This document shows, one piece after another, positions 53,080 to 62,215 of a stretch of 64,000 bases of DNA. How positions within the stretch are numbered: position 1 is the first letter of the stretch; each line of letters opens with the position of its first letter. The stretch lies in IMG/VR virus record IMGVR_UViG_3300022188_000007, positions 1-64,000 of that record. One strand, written 5' to 3'. The notes under the pieces were generated by a model that saw only the letters and a program-made list of their open reading frames with translations, ran no database searches and had not been told where the DNA came from. The DNA comes from a virus. A program made the position numbers and the translations under genes.

Positions 53080-55203
53080 ATGGCACTTTTTGGTATAAAA
53101 GAAGGTCTAAGGATCTTCGGTAGCGACGCTGAAGCTGATGTACTTAACGGTACGAGTGACCCGTCATCGGCTGCAGGTATTGCGGCCCCTCTAGGTTCTT
53201 TATATTTAAGAGCGGACGGAGTTAGTTATAAGAAAACCGGTGCATCAGATACAGATTGGCAACCATATAGTGAAATTGAGGGTGGGGGACTTCTTTGGTC
53301 CACTATTAGTGGTACTACTACTCTTGAGGCTAGTAAAGGATATATTTTAGATTCAAACAGCGCAGCGTTCACTATAACCATGCCTGCAGCTCCTGAAGAA
53401 GGCGACTCTGTCGGCTTCGCTGGGCTAGGTGATATTGAAACTAACAACGTTACCGTAGATTTGAATGGATTAAACATGAACGGGTCAGGTGATGACCTTG
53501 TTATAGATTTAAATTATTGCTATTTTGAGATGCTTTACACAGGGGATGCTACCACTGGTTGGGTACTTTCTAACACTGATGAGTCTGGTAATGTTGATAA
53601 CATCCAAGCTTTTGTTGGTAATGATGACAATGTAGATCCAGCAGTAACTGAGTTTACTGAGGAAAACTATATTGTAGGTGGAGATTCGTTGGAGGACGCT
53701 ATTGATAAACTGGATATGGCGCTTAATGACACTGATGCCACTATTTCAGGCACGGATGTTGATCTTACTACTTTATCAGGTAGAGTAGACACTAATGAGA
53801 CCAATATCTCTTCTAATGACACAGACATTGCAACCAATGTTACAGACATTGCAACTAATGTTACTAATATTGCGACTAATGCTAGTGGTATTACGGCTCT
53901 TGAATCTTATACTGGCTCTGCCGGTGATTCAGCTCCTGATTATAATCAAGAAAATTATATTACTGATGGAGACTCTCTTGAAGAGGCTATTAGTAAACTT
54001 GACGCCGCTATCCAAGCAGTAGATAATATCGCTGCAACTGGAGTTAATTGGCGTCAATCCATAATGGGTGCTACTGGTGATGTTATTACTACTGGTGTCG
54101 CTGATTATGCTGGTACTGACCATTTCTCTGATGATGATGTTCCTTTCTGGACACATGATCAATGGTCCAATGGCGACCAGATGTTGTCTTTGAATGCTAC
54201 TACTTCTGGTATTATTTATACTTGGGACGATGGGGCCGATCAATGGGTAGAGACTGACGCACTTGGTGCTAATGACGCTGTATCTGTAAGATACGACTTC
54301 CCAGATGATCCAGGCAGCCAGGAAGATGGTGCTTCTTATATGATGAATTCTGCTGAGACAGAGGTTATTAAGATCGCCGACTTTGATATGGAAACTGCTG
54401 CTACTATTGCTCTTTCCTCAGGGTATACTGCTACTTCTGGTACCATTTCTGACACTGACTCTGTAGAGAGTGCAATCGAGAAATTAGACTATAAAGCAGA
54501 TGCTGCTAGTGGTGATATTTCAACTCTTGAAGGCAGAGTAACTGTCAATGAGGGTGATATTTTTAGTAACGACATTGATATAGCCACCAATGCTTCTGGT
54601 ATAGCGGTTAATGGTGCTGATATTGATGATTTAGAAGCCGCTGTTGGTTCCGCTACTGGTCTTGCCGGTATGGACTACTCTACAGAAAATTATGTAGCTG
54701 CTGATACTTCAGCTGTCGCTGCAATTTCTGCTTTGGACGCAGCTCTCGCTTCTACTGATGCTACTGTGTCTGGGCTAGGTGTTACCGCTAATGATAACTA
54801 TACCTACATTACTAATGTAGATACAGCGCATGACAATCTTGCTGCTGCAGTTCTTAAAGAGGCTACTACTGCTGTAGGCGCTTCTTCTACTGATACTGTA
54901 GTTGATACGGTTCCTCAGGCTGGAAATCTAGGCGCTAAGTGGTTTGTAATTGCTTATGACGGTAGTGGTAATAGATACGCTGCTGAAATTTATGCTATGC
55001 ATGATGGTACAACATCTGCAGATCTAACTGAATATGCTATTCTTACAATTGGTACTAAGCTTAAAGTCGATTTTGACGTTGCTGCTAATGGTACCTCTAT
55101 GAGTCTAACTGTCGATAATGCCGATGCGGCAGCTGTTACAGTTAAAACTCAGAGAATAACTGTTCAGACTGCTTCTGTTGATACTGTAGCAGTGCTTAGT
55201 TAA
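53080..55203 (+). CDS. Long acidic fibre/decoration protein with coiled-coil repeats
   Basis: ENY[IV]..[GT]DS[LV]E.AI.KLD-type repeats x4; TDIATNV heptads; T4-fibre-like LDSNSAAFTITMPAAPEEGDSV segment; terminator follows. Confidence 0.7.
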   Translation: MALFGIKEGLRIFGSDAEADVLNGTSDPSSAAGIAAPLGSLYLRADGVSYKKTGASDTDWQPYSEIEGGGLLWSTISGTTTLEASKGYILDSNSAAFTITMPAAPEEGDSVGFAGLGDIETNNVTVDLNGLNMNGSGDDLVIDLNYCYFEMLYTGDATTGWVLSNTDESGNVDNIQAFVGNDDNVDPAVTEFTEENYIVGGDSLEDAIDKLDMALNDTDATISGTDVDLTTLSGRVDTNETNISSNDTDIATNVTDIATNVTNIATNASGITALESYTGSAGDSAPDYNQENYITDGDSLEEAISKLDAAIQAVDNIAATGVNWRQSIMGATGDVITTGVADYAGTDHFSDDDVPFWTHDQWSNGDQMLSLNATTSGIIYTWDDGADQWVETDALGANDAVSVRYDFPDDPGSQEDGASYMMNSAETEVIKIADFDMETAATIALSSGYTATSGTISDTDSVESAIEKLDYKADAASGDISTLEGRVTVNEGDIFSNDIDIATNASGIAVNGADIDDLEAAVGSATGLAGMDYSTENYVAADTSAVAAISALDAALASTDATVSGLGVTANDNYTYITNVDTAHDNLAAAVLKEATTAVGASSTDTVVDTVPQAGNLGAKWFVIAYDGSGNRYAAEIYAMHDGTTSADLTEYAILTIGTKLKVDFDVAANGTSMSLTVDNADAAAVTVKTQRITVQTASVDTVAVLS

Positions 55204-55247
55204 TAGTTATGAAAATTTGAATTAAATTATAATTAGTTAAGACTTAT

Positions 55248-55288
55248 AGAAAGGGCCCGTATTTATAAAATGCGGGCCCTTTCTTTTT
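55248..55288 (+). terminator. Rho-independent terminator
   Basis: AGAAAGGGCCCGTATTT-ATA-AAATGCGGGCCCTTTCTTTTT. Confidence 0.85.
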
Positions 55289-55291
55289 ATT

Positions 55292-55349
55292 TAAGTAACT
55301 TGTTTATAGATAGTAGGTTGTAATTATGTAACTTACCTATAATTAGGGG
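55292..55349 (+). promoter_or_regulatory. Two degenerate copies (11 and 12) of the phage-specific motif
   Basis: TAAGTAACTT-gtt-TATAG at 55292 and TAACTTACCT-ataattagg at 55329. Confidence 0.5.
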
Positions 55350-55381
55350 AAGTTTATTCAAAAGAAAAGGAGAATTATACT

Positions 55382-55540
55382 ATGTTTAAAAAGGTTAAGG
55401 ATTTTATTTTAAGATTTACACTCTGTACGTTCACAATACATAAAAAAGGTGGTAAAATTCAATCACACAGGGAATATGATATTTACTCTTGTGAGCGGTG
55501 TGGTAATTTATTTGGTTCAAAGAAAGACAAATATAAATAA
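55382..55540 (+). CDS. Small zinc-binding protein (52 aa, below the ORF-track cutoff)
   Basis: AAGGAG RBS; LC.F.IHK..YSCERCG. Confidence 0.55.
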   Translation: MFKKVKDFILRFTLCTFTIHKKGGKIQSHREYDIYSCERCGNLFGSKKDKYK

Positions 55541-55553
55541 TTAATAGGAGAAT

Positions 55554-56087
55554 TTGATGGTTAGAACCAGTTACTTAAATGCTAAACATGGTATAGAAAT
55601 ATTACATGAAGACAGGTTAACTCAAATTCTGGCTGGTACAGGCGATCCTAGTCTAGCTGGATTAGTAGCTGATTTAGGTTCTATATTTCTACGTAATGAT
55701 AACGGCGGTGGTATCTATAGTAAGGTAGGACTATTAAATACTGATTGGGCGCCAGTAGGCTCTTCTGGTACTGGGTACGTTACAAGTAGTGGGATTGATC
55801 CATCACAGCATATAGCACTACATAATGGTAGCAAGTTTGTAGAGTACACAAGGACTGGACATAAAATATCTTCAGTAGATGAGTGGATTGATAATACCAA
55901 AACATACCACATAAGTTCTACAGTTTTAAATAGAACTGGAGGAAGAGTAACTTCCTTCGTTAAATATATATATGATTATGAGACAGGGGCACATGTGGTA
56001 GCTACTATTTCTGGAGCGATTCATAGGGTAGCTGGTAAAGTAACCTCTGTCGAATACTCCAGAGATAATCTTATAGGAGGGTATTAA
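55554..56087 (+). CDS. Structural protein sharing its N-terminal module with 53080-55203
   Basis: G..I..[IV]L.GT.DPS..G..A.LGS[IL][FY]LR..Y.K.G..TDW. Confidence 0.65.
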   Translation: MMVRTSYLNAKHGIEILHEDRLTQILAGTGDPSLAGLVADLGSIFLRNDNGGGIYSKVGLLNTDWAPVGSSGTGYVTSSGIDPSQHIALHNGSKFVEYTRTGHKISSVDEWIDNTKTYHISSTVLNRTGGRVTSFVKYIYDYETGAHVVATISGAIHRVAGKVTSVEYSRDNLIGGY

Positions 56088-56089
56088 TT

Positions 56090-56515
56090 ATGGAGTATGT
56101 AATAATAGAAGGTGAAGTAACATTAGTAGATAATTTAGGTAATACTTTGTCAACTATAAGTGGTATAAATGGTCCAAAACTAGAAGTAGTTACTGAATTG
56201 GCTACTACCGTAAGTGGAGGGGTCATAAAAGTAAGGGAGCAAAATATTGATCCAGAAGGTTATATTAAAAACTCCTCACATAATATGGCACATAAGGAAG
56301 GAAATTGGGCCCCTTTAAATCTGGATACTGAAGGGAGATTACGTGTAGTTACTGAGGTAGTAGCCCAGCCACATACGTTAAGTGGCACTGGTCATATAGG
56401 GTATTTATCAGATACTCAAATTCCAGAAAATATTGTAAGAGATTACGAATTATTAACAACTTCAGGCACCTTGAGATATGATATAGAACATATTGATGGC
56501 GGAGCCTTCATTTAA
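56090..56515 (+). CDS. Structural protein
   Basis: Four TxSG motifs; C-terminal IDGGAF. Confidence 0.6.
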   Translation: MEYVIIEGEVTLVDNLGNTLSTISGINGPKLEVVTELATTVSGGVIKVREQNIDPEGYIKNSSHNMAHKEGNWAPLNLDTEGRLRVVTEVVAQPHTLSGTGHIGYLSDTQIPENIVRDYELLTTSGTLRYDIEHIDGGAFI

Positions 56516-56529
56516 AAAGGAGAAATATT

Positions 56530-57573
56530 ATGGCAATAGAGATTAGAATTAGACGAGGTACTAAGGTTCAATTAGATACTGTTATGGGAGGCGGCACCCC
56601 TCTTCAAAGTGGAGAGATGGGGTATACCACTGATACTAAAGAAGTATTTATATCTGATGGGGCAGTGGCACATAAAGTGGGTAGAGTATTAGTAGGCTTA
56701 CTAGCTGTACGCCCTACAGCAGGAGTATCAGGAAGAATGTATCATGCTACTGATGATTTATCTACTTGGGTAGATAATGGAGTTGCATGGAGAGATGTTT
56801 CTGGAGGAATTTCTAGTTTAGATGATGTATCAGACGGTCTCACTTATGGTAAGGTATTAAATACTTATTTAGATACTAATAGACCTGATGGTTTATGGGA
56901 TGGTAGTGGTAAACTAACTGGCAGTGCTCTAAGAACACATTTAGACGCCATAGCATTGCATAGAACTATTAATGACTCCGGTAATTTAGTAACAGATCTA
57001 TGGTCTGCTAACAAAATCAGTATAGCAATTGATCAAGCAATGACAGGTTTGGATTTTCAAGCGGATGTTTTAGGTATACAAGAAGATGCTTCGTTAGTTC
57101 CAACTACGTCTAATGGCGATAGGTATATTATAACTAATGCTGCTACACTTAATGCCGGTTTTGGTACCATAACTGGCCTGCAAAATAACGATATAGTGGC
57201 GTATGATGGCACCTCTTTTGTTGTAGTTTATGATGTGTCTACTGAAGGTGAGGGCGCTCTTGTATGGGATCGTGCTACTGATACATACCAGAAATGGGAT
57301 GGGGTTATTTGGTCTGAGTTTGGAGGGCTAGCAGGAATAACAGCCGGAGCAGGGTTAACTAAATCAGGTAATACTCTGAATGTAGGAGGAGGTAATGGAT
57401 TAACAGTGGGGGCAGATAATATAACAGTAAACCCAGATGTTTCTACAGGTCCTGGTATAGCACCTGTAGCCGTAACATCTAACGGTGTAGGAGTAATAGT
57501 TGATAATGACTCTATTGGGCACTCCGGAGGTTCAATAGAAGTGAGAAAGGTAGATGGTGGGACATTTGTATAA
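56530..57573 (+). CDS. Fibre protein with Mtd_N/hyaluronidase-like N-terminal domain
   Basis: IRIRRGT..L..GEMGYTTDTKEVFI.DG; GDRYII; AGAGLTKSGNTLNV; C-terminal VDGGTF. Confidence 0.7.
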   Translation: MAIEIRIRRGTKVQLDTVMGGGTPLQSGEMGYTTDTKEVFISDGAVAHKVGRVLVGLLAVRPTAGVSGRMYHATDDLSTWVDNGVAWRDVSGGISSLDDVSDGLTYGKVLNTYLDTNRPDGLWDGSGKLTGSALRTHLDAIALHRTINDSGNLVTDLWSANKISIAIDQAMTGLDFQADVLGIQEDASLVPTTSNGDRYIITNAATLNAGFGTITGLQNNDIVAYDGTSFVVVYDVSTEGEGALVWDRATDTYQKWDGVIWSEFGGLAGITAGAGLTKSGNTLNVGGGNGLTVGADNITVNPDVSTGPGIAPVAVTSNGVGVIVDNDSIGHSGGSIEVRKVDGGTFV

Positions 57574-57583
57574 GGAGTAAACT

Positions 57584-58723
57584 ATGACTACTGAGATAAA
57601 AATAAGAAAGGGTACAGAAGCTCAGCTCCCTACATTAGGACTGGCTGAGCCAGGATTTACTACAGATACTAAATGTTTATATATTGGTGATGGTGTAGGT
57701 AATATACTTATAGGCCCAAGCGGTAATAATACTACTCTTAGTGGTTTGCCATTAGCTGCTGTTCAGGCACGTGGGACATCTAATATTACATTAACTACTA
57801 CTTTTCAGTATATATCTTTTGACACTTTAGATGTATCTACTGATACTTCAGTATTAGAACTTGATAATCTTGTGGATTCTAGGATAAATATTAAAGAAAC
57901 TGGAGTGTACTTAATAAATTATTCTTCTAGTGTCAGGTCTTCTGGTAATAGCAGAGATGTGATAAGTAAAGTGGTGGCTAATGGTACTAATGATTTAAAT
58001 GGAAGCTATGTATTACAGAATTTATATCAGGATGAAACGCATAGTCAAGCAAGTATGTTTATAGTTAGTTTAACTACTGGAGATTTTATTGAGCTAGCTA
58101 TTTCTTGTGGGTCTACGCCGGTAGATTGTTTATCAGATCAATTCTTAAGTATAGTAAAACTTACTGGAGCGCAAGGCCCTCCTGGAGCAGATGGCACGAA
58201 TGGTTCAGGATCTACTTTAATTATAAAGGAAGAGGGCACTAATTTAGTTAATACCCCTCATTCAGCCATAAATTTTATAGGGGAAAATGTAACTGCCCAG
58301 GATGTAGGCGGAGGAGTAGTAGATATAACTATTAACATTCCAACTTCTTTATCTTTTGGAACCTGGTACGCTTGGGGTGGAGATGCCTCTTTATCTAGTA
58401 CTAATAGTACTAGTTATATAGAAAAAGCAAGTCTATCAGTAGTTGGTATACCTACTGGATACTATAGATTAGGATGGTACTTTGAGTGGCGTAGAAAGGA
58501 TACTAGGTCTGATTTTGAGGCAAGAGTAACTATAGACGACACAGATACAGTGATGGAGATTAATCAAGAGTCTAAAGATAATAATTCATACCATGCAATT
58601 AATGGATTTGTAATTACTCAATTATTAGCAGGTGATCATTTCTTTGATATAGACTATGGTGGGGAAACAAATAAAACATCATATATTAGAAGAGCACGAT
58701 TAGAAATATGGAGGGTAGCATAA
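57584..58723 (+). CDS. Fibre protein: Mtd_N-like N-terminus, C1q/BclA-like domain, short collagen stretch
   Basis: IKIRKGT..AEPGFTTDTK.LYIGDG; I.ETGVYLI.Y..L..GD.IEL; GAQGPPGADG. Confidence 0.7.
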   Translation: MTTEIKIRKGTEAQLPTLGLAEPGFTTDTKCLYIGDGVGNILIGPSGNNTTLSGLPLAAVQARGTSNITLTTTFQYISFDTLDVSTDTSVLELDNLVDSRINIKETGVYLINYSSSVRSSGNSRDVISKVVANGTNDLNGSYVLQNLYQDETHSQASMFIVSLTTGDFIELAISCGSTPVDCLSDQFLSIVKLTGAQGPPGADGTNGSGSTLIIKEEGTNLVNTPHSAINFIGENVTAQDVGGGVVDITINIPTSLSFGTWYAWGGDASLSSTNSTSYIEKASLSVVGIPTGYYRLGWYFEWRRKDTRSDFEARVTIDDTDTVMEINQESKDNNSYHAINGFVITQLLAGDHFFDIDYGGETNKTSYIRRARLEIWRVA

Positions 58724-59757
58724 TGACAGATATAAAATATACTTATTTAATTACAGATTTCTTAAATGATGAAGTAGATATAACTAAATTCGATAATGAA
58801 ATAAGAGGATCATCAATAACTACATCATTAGCTTTTTTAGCTACAGGGGGCATTGAATGTGACTGTTGGTTTAGAGATACTTTGCAACCTAAAGATATTA
58901 CTACATTAAGTGGATTAGTATCTTCACATGACGGTATTTCAGATGACATAGATGATGCCCAATATGTGGTAATTAAAAGTTCTGAACAGAATTTAAATGT
59001 AGATATTTCAGATGAGTTAAGAGATAGATCCGGTAAATTAAGATTTCATCAAACGTCTAGAAAAACTGGTACGGTTATTTGTTGGACAGGTGAAGGCGAT
59101 GATCCTGCTGATCCATCAGTAGTGGGTGGTGGTGAGCCATTCTCATTTAATTATCTTGTTGGGCAACCGGACCCTTTGGTGAAATATATTGATTTTAATA
59201 TGGTAGAGAATGAGACTTGGCTTCATGAAGGTTATGTTACTTGGAGCAACTGTTACTTAGACACTTTAGATTTAGCAATGGTGACTAGAGCAACTTCTTT
59301 TACTGTAACTAGTGGGACCAGTTATAATTTGTATGGCGGATATCTAATAATTCCAACTATCCCAGGAACAGGCACTATAAATATTACGTCAAATATAGCG
59401 GAACATGATGGAGGGTTGGTATACATACCTAAAAATGATTTAGGCATCAGACCTACCGCATTCTGGGATGCTATTTGGGATACCGCAACAAAGAAATTTA
59501 TAAATATAACCCCTAATATCACCGGAGCAGGCGAATATAACCTATTTGCTGCTGAAATACCGATAGCACACTTTGTAAGAAAAATGCCCTTGTTAGATTC
59601 AGGGTTTATAGCACTTAATTCATCCGATACAGACCAGTTAGGGCATGGTATGCGTTTGAAGATGGTAGCTGATACTAATACTACCATTAGTGGTATAGGT
59701 GATCATGACTGGTCAATAGCTTGTACTATGTGTTTACATAGAGCTAAAACTGTATAA
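58723..59757 (+). CDS. Virion structural protein
   Basis: Start overlaps the upstream stop; beta-rich; TTLSG and TTISG. Confidence 0.6.
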   Translation: MTDIKYTYLITDFLNDEVDITKFDNEIRGSSITTSLAFLATGGIECDCWFRDTLQPKDITTLSGLVSSHDGISDDIDDAQYVVIKSSEQNLNVDISDELRDRSGKLRFHQTSRKTGTVICWTGEGDDPADPSVVGGGEPFSFNYLVGQPDPLVKYIDFNMVENETWLHEGYVTWSNCYLDTLDLAMVTRATSFTVTSGTSYNLYGGYLIIPTIPGTGTINITSNIAEHDGGLVYIPKNDLGIRPTAFWDAIWDTATKKFINITPNITGAGEYNLFAAEIPIAHFVRKMPLLDSGFIALNSSDTDQLGHGMRLKMVADTNTTISGIGDHDWSIACTMCLHRAKTV

Positions 59758-59778
59758 ATTCATATAGGAGGAGAATAA

Positions 59779-60354
59779 ATGAAAAATAAAAAAAGCCTTA
59801 TTAGAGTTATTAAAGAAGCAATAGTGGATTTTTTTGGGAACATTAGACTTTATGCTGGGGGGATAATTTTATTTGGAGATTCTAAATATAAATTAAAAGG
59901 GCCTGATTGGCGAAGTATTATAAATATATTACAGCCAGGAGATATAGTAGGTAGTGCCCATGATCATTATATAAGTTCTTGGTTCATAAAAGGGGATTTT
60001 GGGCACGTGGGTATTTATGTAGGGGATAATCAAGTCATACATGTACGTACAGATGGTATAGTTAGAGAGGATATTCTTACATTTTTAAGGGCGGATAAGG
60101 CTTTTGTAGTAAGGCGTACCGACCAAAGTCTAGTGGATATTGCTATTCAAAAGGCTTATGAACAACTAGCAAAAGATGTAGAATACGACTATGATTTTGA
60201 TAAACAGGACACAGAGCAATTTTATTGTTCGGAATTTACTGATTTTTGTTATGATTATCCGTTAAGGGGAGGGGTCTCTAAAGATAAGAGTTTTATCTAT
60301 CCTGACGACTATTTAGTACCTTCCGATTTATTTGACATTATCTGGAAAAAATAA
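59779..60354 (+). CDS. Permuted papain-like amidase (YiiX/YebB-type NlpC/P60)
   Basis: LQPGDI..GHVGIYVG..YDYDF..FYCSE..IYPDD (His before Cys). Confidence 0.85.
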   Translation: MKNKKSLIRVIKEAIVDFFGNIRLYAGGIILFGDSKYKLKGPDWRSIINILQPGDIVGSAHDHYISSWFIKGDFGHVGIYVGDNQVIHVRTDGIVREDILTFLRADKAFVVRRTDQSLVDIAIQKAYEQLAKDVEYDYDFDKQDTEQFYCSEFTDFCYDYPLRGGVSKDKSFIYPDDYLVPSDLFDIIWKK

Positions 60355-60369
60355 TAAAGAGGGTATTAT

Positions 60370-60906
60370 ATGATAGAGGCCAACAAAAACGAGTCGTTCC
60401 CAATAACAGTATCACTTATCGATGATGTTACTGCTGAACTTGTAGCCGATCAAACTGTCACCTATGATGTGAGGACAATTGATGATGCATTACTATCTCC
60501 TCCAGTAAGTGGTAGTTTAAGTGAGTCTACAGTTGAAGGCGGGATATATAAAACTCAGCTTAGTTTACCTGATTCTGGTGCTTATATATGTTACGCTACT
60601 TGCTCTGGTTTTTTGGCTGGCACTGAAGAGATAATAATTAATAATGAAAATATTTATGAAGTAACAAAGGCCAACAGACCTCATAACTTTTCAATAATAG
60701 ATATACCTAGAATTACTGCTTCGGGCACTCCTAATCCTTCACAAATTTATCGTAAAGTGCCTCCCGGCAGAACTGATTATATCGTAACACTTATAAAGAA
60801 CGATAGTGATTTGAATTGGGATAACCCAGTAAGCTCTGGTATCTCATATGCCCATTATGAATCAGTGAGCTCAGAGCTTCCTTATATGATGGGAGGGGAA
60901 TTCTAA
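60370..60906 (+). CDS. Virion structural protein (Ig-like)
   Basis: Beta-rich; GIY..L...G.Y pattern. Confidence 0.55.
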   Translation: MIEANKNESFPITVSLIDDVTAELVADQTVTYDVRTIDDALLSPPVSGSLSESTVEGGIYKTQLSLPDSGAYICYATCSGFLAGTEEIIINNENIYEVTKANRPHNFSIIDIPRITASGTPNPSQIYRKVPPGRTDYIVTLIKNDSDLNWDNPVSSGISYAHYESVSSELPYMMGGEF

Positions 60907-61347
60907 ATGGACATACGCCCACTAGCAGCAAGGGGCTTTGACATGTGGAGTCCTCAAATAATAACAACTACCGTTTCTGGAGGAGCTTCCTTTGGCAGCG
61001 GTACTATTGAGTTAGAAAAAGGTTGGCAGCTGGCGGCAATTCCAGTAGAGCTGGGATATTGGAGCACTAATTTACATAAGCATGTACATGATGAGGCCAC
61101 TGTTGCCAAATTTGAAAATTATGTGTATGATCAAATACTGGATTTGTATGGTGATATTGTAGAAGTAAGTAATACTTATATTGGAAACCAACAGGCTTTT
61201 TTTAGCTACGTTTGTGGATCAACCCCTACATCCAGCCCACATAACTTTAATTTAGTATATAATGATAATAGTCATATGGAAATATCTGGGTTTTGGATCA
61301 AAATTACAGGTGATTTGGGACCTTATATAGTAAGTTGGGGTAATTAA
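60907..61347 (+). CDS. Virion structural protein
   Basis: IELEKGWQL..IP..GFWIK pattern; TTVSG. Confidence 0.55.
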   Translation: MDIRPLAARGFDMWSPQIITTTVSGGASFGSGTIELEKGWQLAAIPVELGYWSTNLHKHVHDEATVAKFENYVYDQILDLYGDIVEVSNTYIGNQQAFFSYVCGSTPTSSPHNFNLVYNDNSHMEISGFWIKITGDLGPYIVSWGN

Positions 61348-61348
61348 T

Positions 61349-62215
61349 ATGTCAAAAAAATTAACGTATAGTTTTGTAAAAAACTCTTTTGAAGAAGAGG
61401 GGTATACTCTTTTAAGTAGGGGGTATAAAGATGCACATACTAAACTTAATTTTATTTGTAATAATGGACATAAACATAGTATAAATTGGAGTTCATGGTA
61501 CAATGGGCGACGATGTTTTCATTGCACAGGTTACAGAAAATATATGATCACTGAAGTAAAAGATGCTTTTACGTTAGAAGGTTATAATTTAATTAGTACC
61601 AGTTATAACGGGAACAAAGGCAAGTTAAAATATATTTGTCCAGAAGGCCATACAGGTACCATAACTTTTAATGCCTGGTTACTAGGGAGCAGATGTGCGA
61701 AGTGCGCAAGAATAAAGATTGCCAATAATAGTAGACTATCTGTAGATTTTGTTAGGTCAACTTTTGAGGATGAAGGATATAAACTGTTAAGTGGTTACAA
61801 TGGAGTCAATTCGCCTATAGATTATGAATGTAATTTTGGACATAGAGGTACTACTAGATGGGCTAATTGGCAGCAGGGAGCTAGATGTCTTACTTGTTCC
61901 CATATAAAGATATCTGGTCAAGGAAGCCCACATTGGAAAGGCGGTATATCCTTTGAACCCTATTGTGAAGCTTGGAAAGATAAAGAGTACAAACAAGACA
62001 TAAAAGATCGTGATGGTAATAAATGTTTAAATCCTTATTGTGATTCACCTAATAAGAATGATTTAACTATTCATCATATTGATTATAATAAGAAAAATTG
62101 TAAACCTAGTAACTTAATTACTGTTTGTAGGTCTTGTAATAGTAAGGCTAATACTGACAGTGATTGGAATAAGTCTTGGTATAACAGTATATTGTGTAAA
62201 AGAGGTGCCGTTTAA
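61349..62215 (+). CDS. HNH homing endonuclease with three zinc-ribbon repeats; paralog of 46876-47577
   Basis: PYC..W.DKEYK..I.DRDGN.CLNP.C..IHHIDYNKKNC.PSNLITVC.SCN.KAN is shared with 46876-47577. Confidence 0.85.
   Translation: MSKKLTYSFVKNSFEEEGYTLLSRGYKDAHTKLNFICNNGHKHSINWSSWYNGRRCFHCTGYRKYMITEVKDAFTLEGYNLISTSYNGNKGKLKYICPEGHTGTITFNAWLLGSRCAKCARIKIANNSRLSVDFVRSTFEDEGYKLLSGYNGVNSPIDYECNFGHRGTTRWANWQQGARCLTCSHIKISGQGSPHWKGGISFEPYCEAWKDKEYKQDIKDRDGNKCLNPYCDSPNKNDLTIHHIDYNKKNCKPSNLITVCRSCNSKANTDSDWNKSWYNSILCKRGAV

Noticed and set aside
33742-54022. Alternative-frame + strand ORFs 33742-33930, 40088-40279, 50342-50542 and 53795-54022
   Set aside because: They overlap better-supported genes, lack an RBS and reflect low-complexity or biased codon patterns.
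56530-58723. Diversity-generating retroelement suggested by the Mtd_N-like N-termini
   Set aside because: No reverse transcriptase and no template/variable repeat pair were seen; this N-terminal module is a generic fibre domain.
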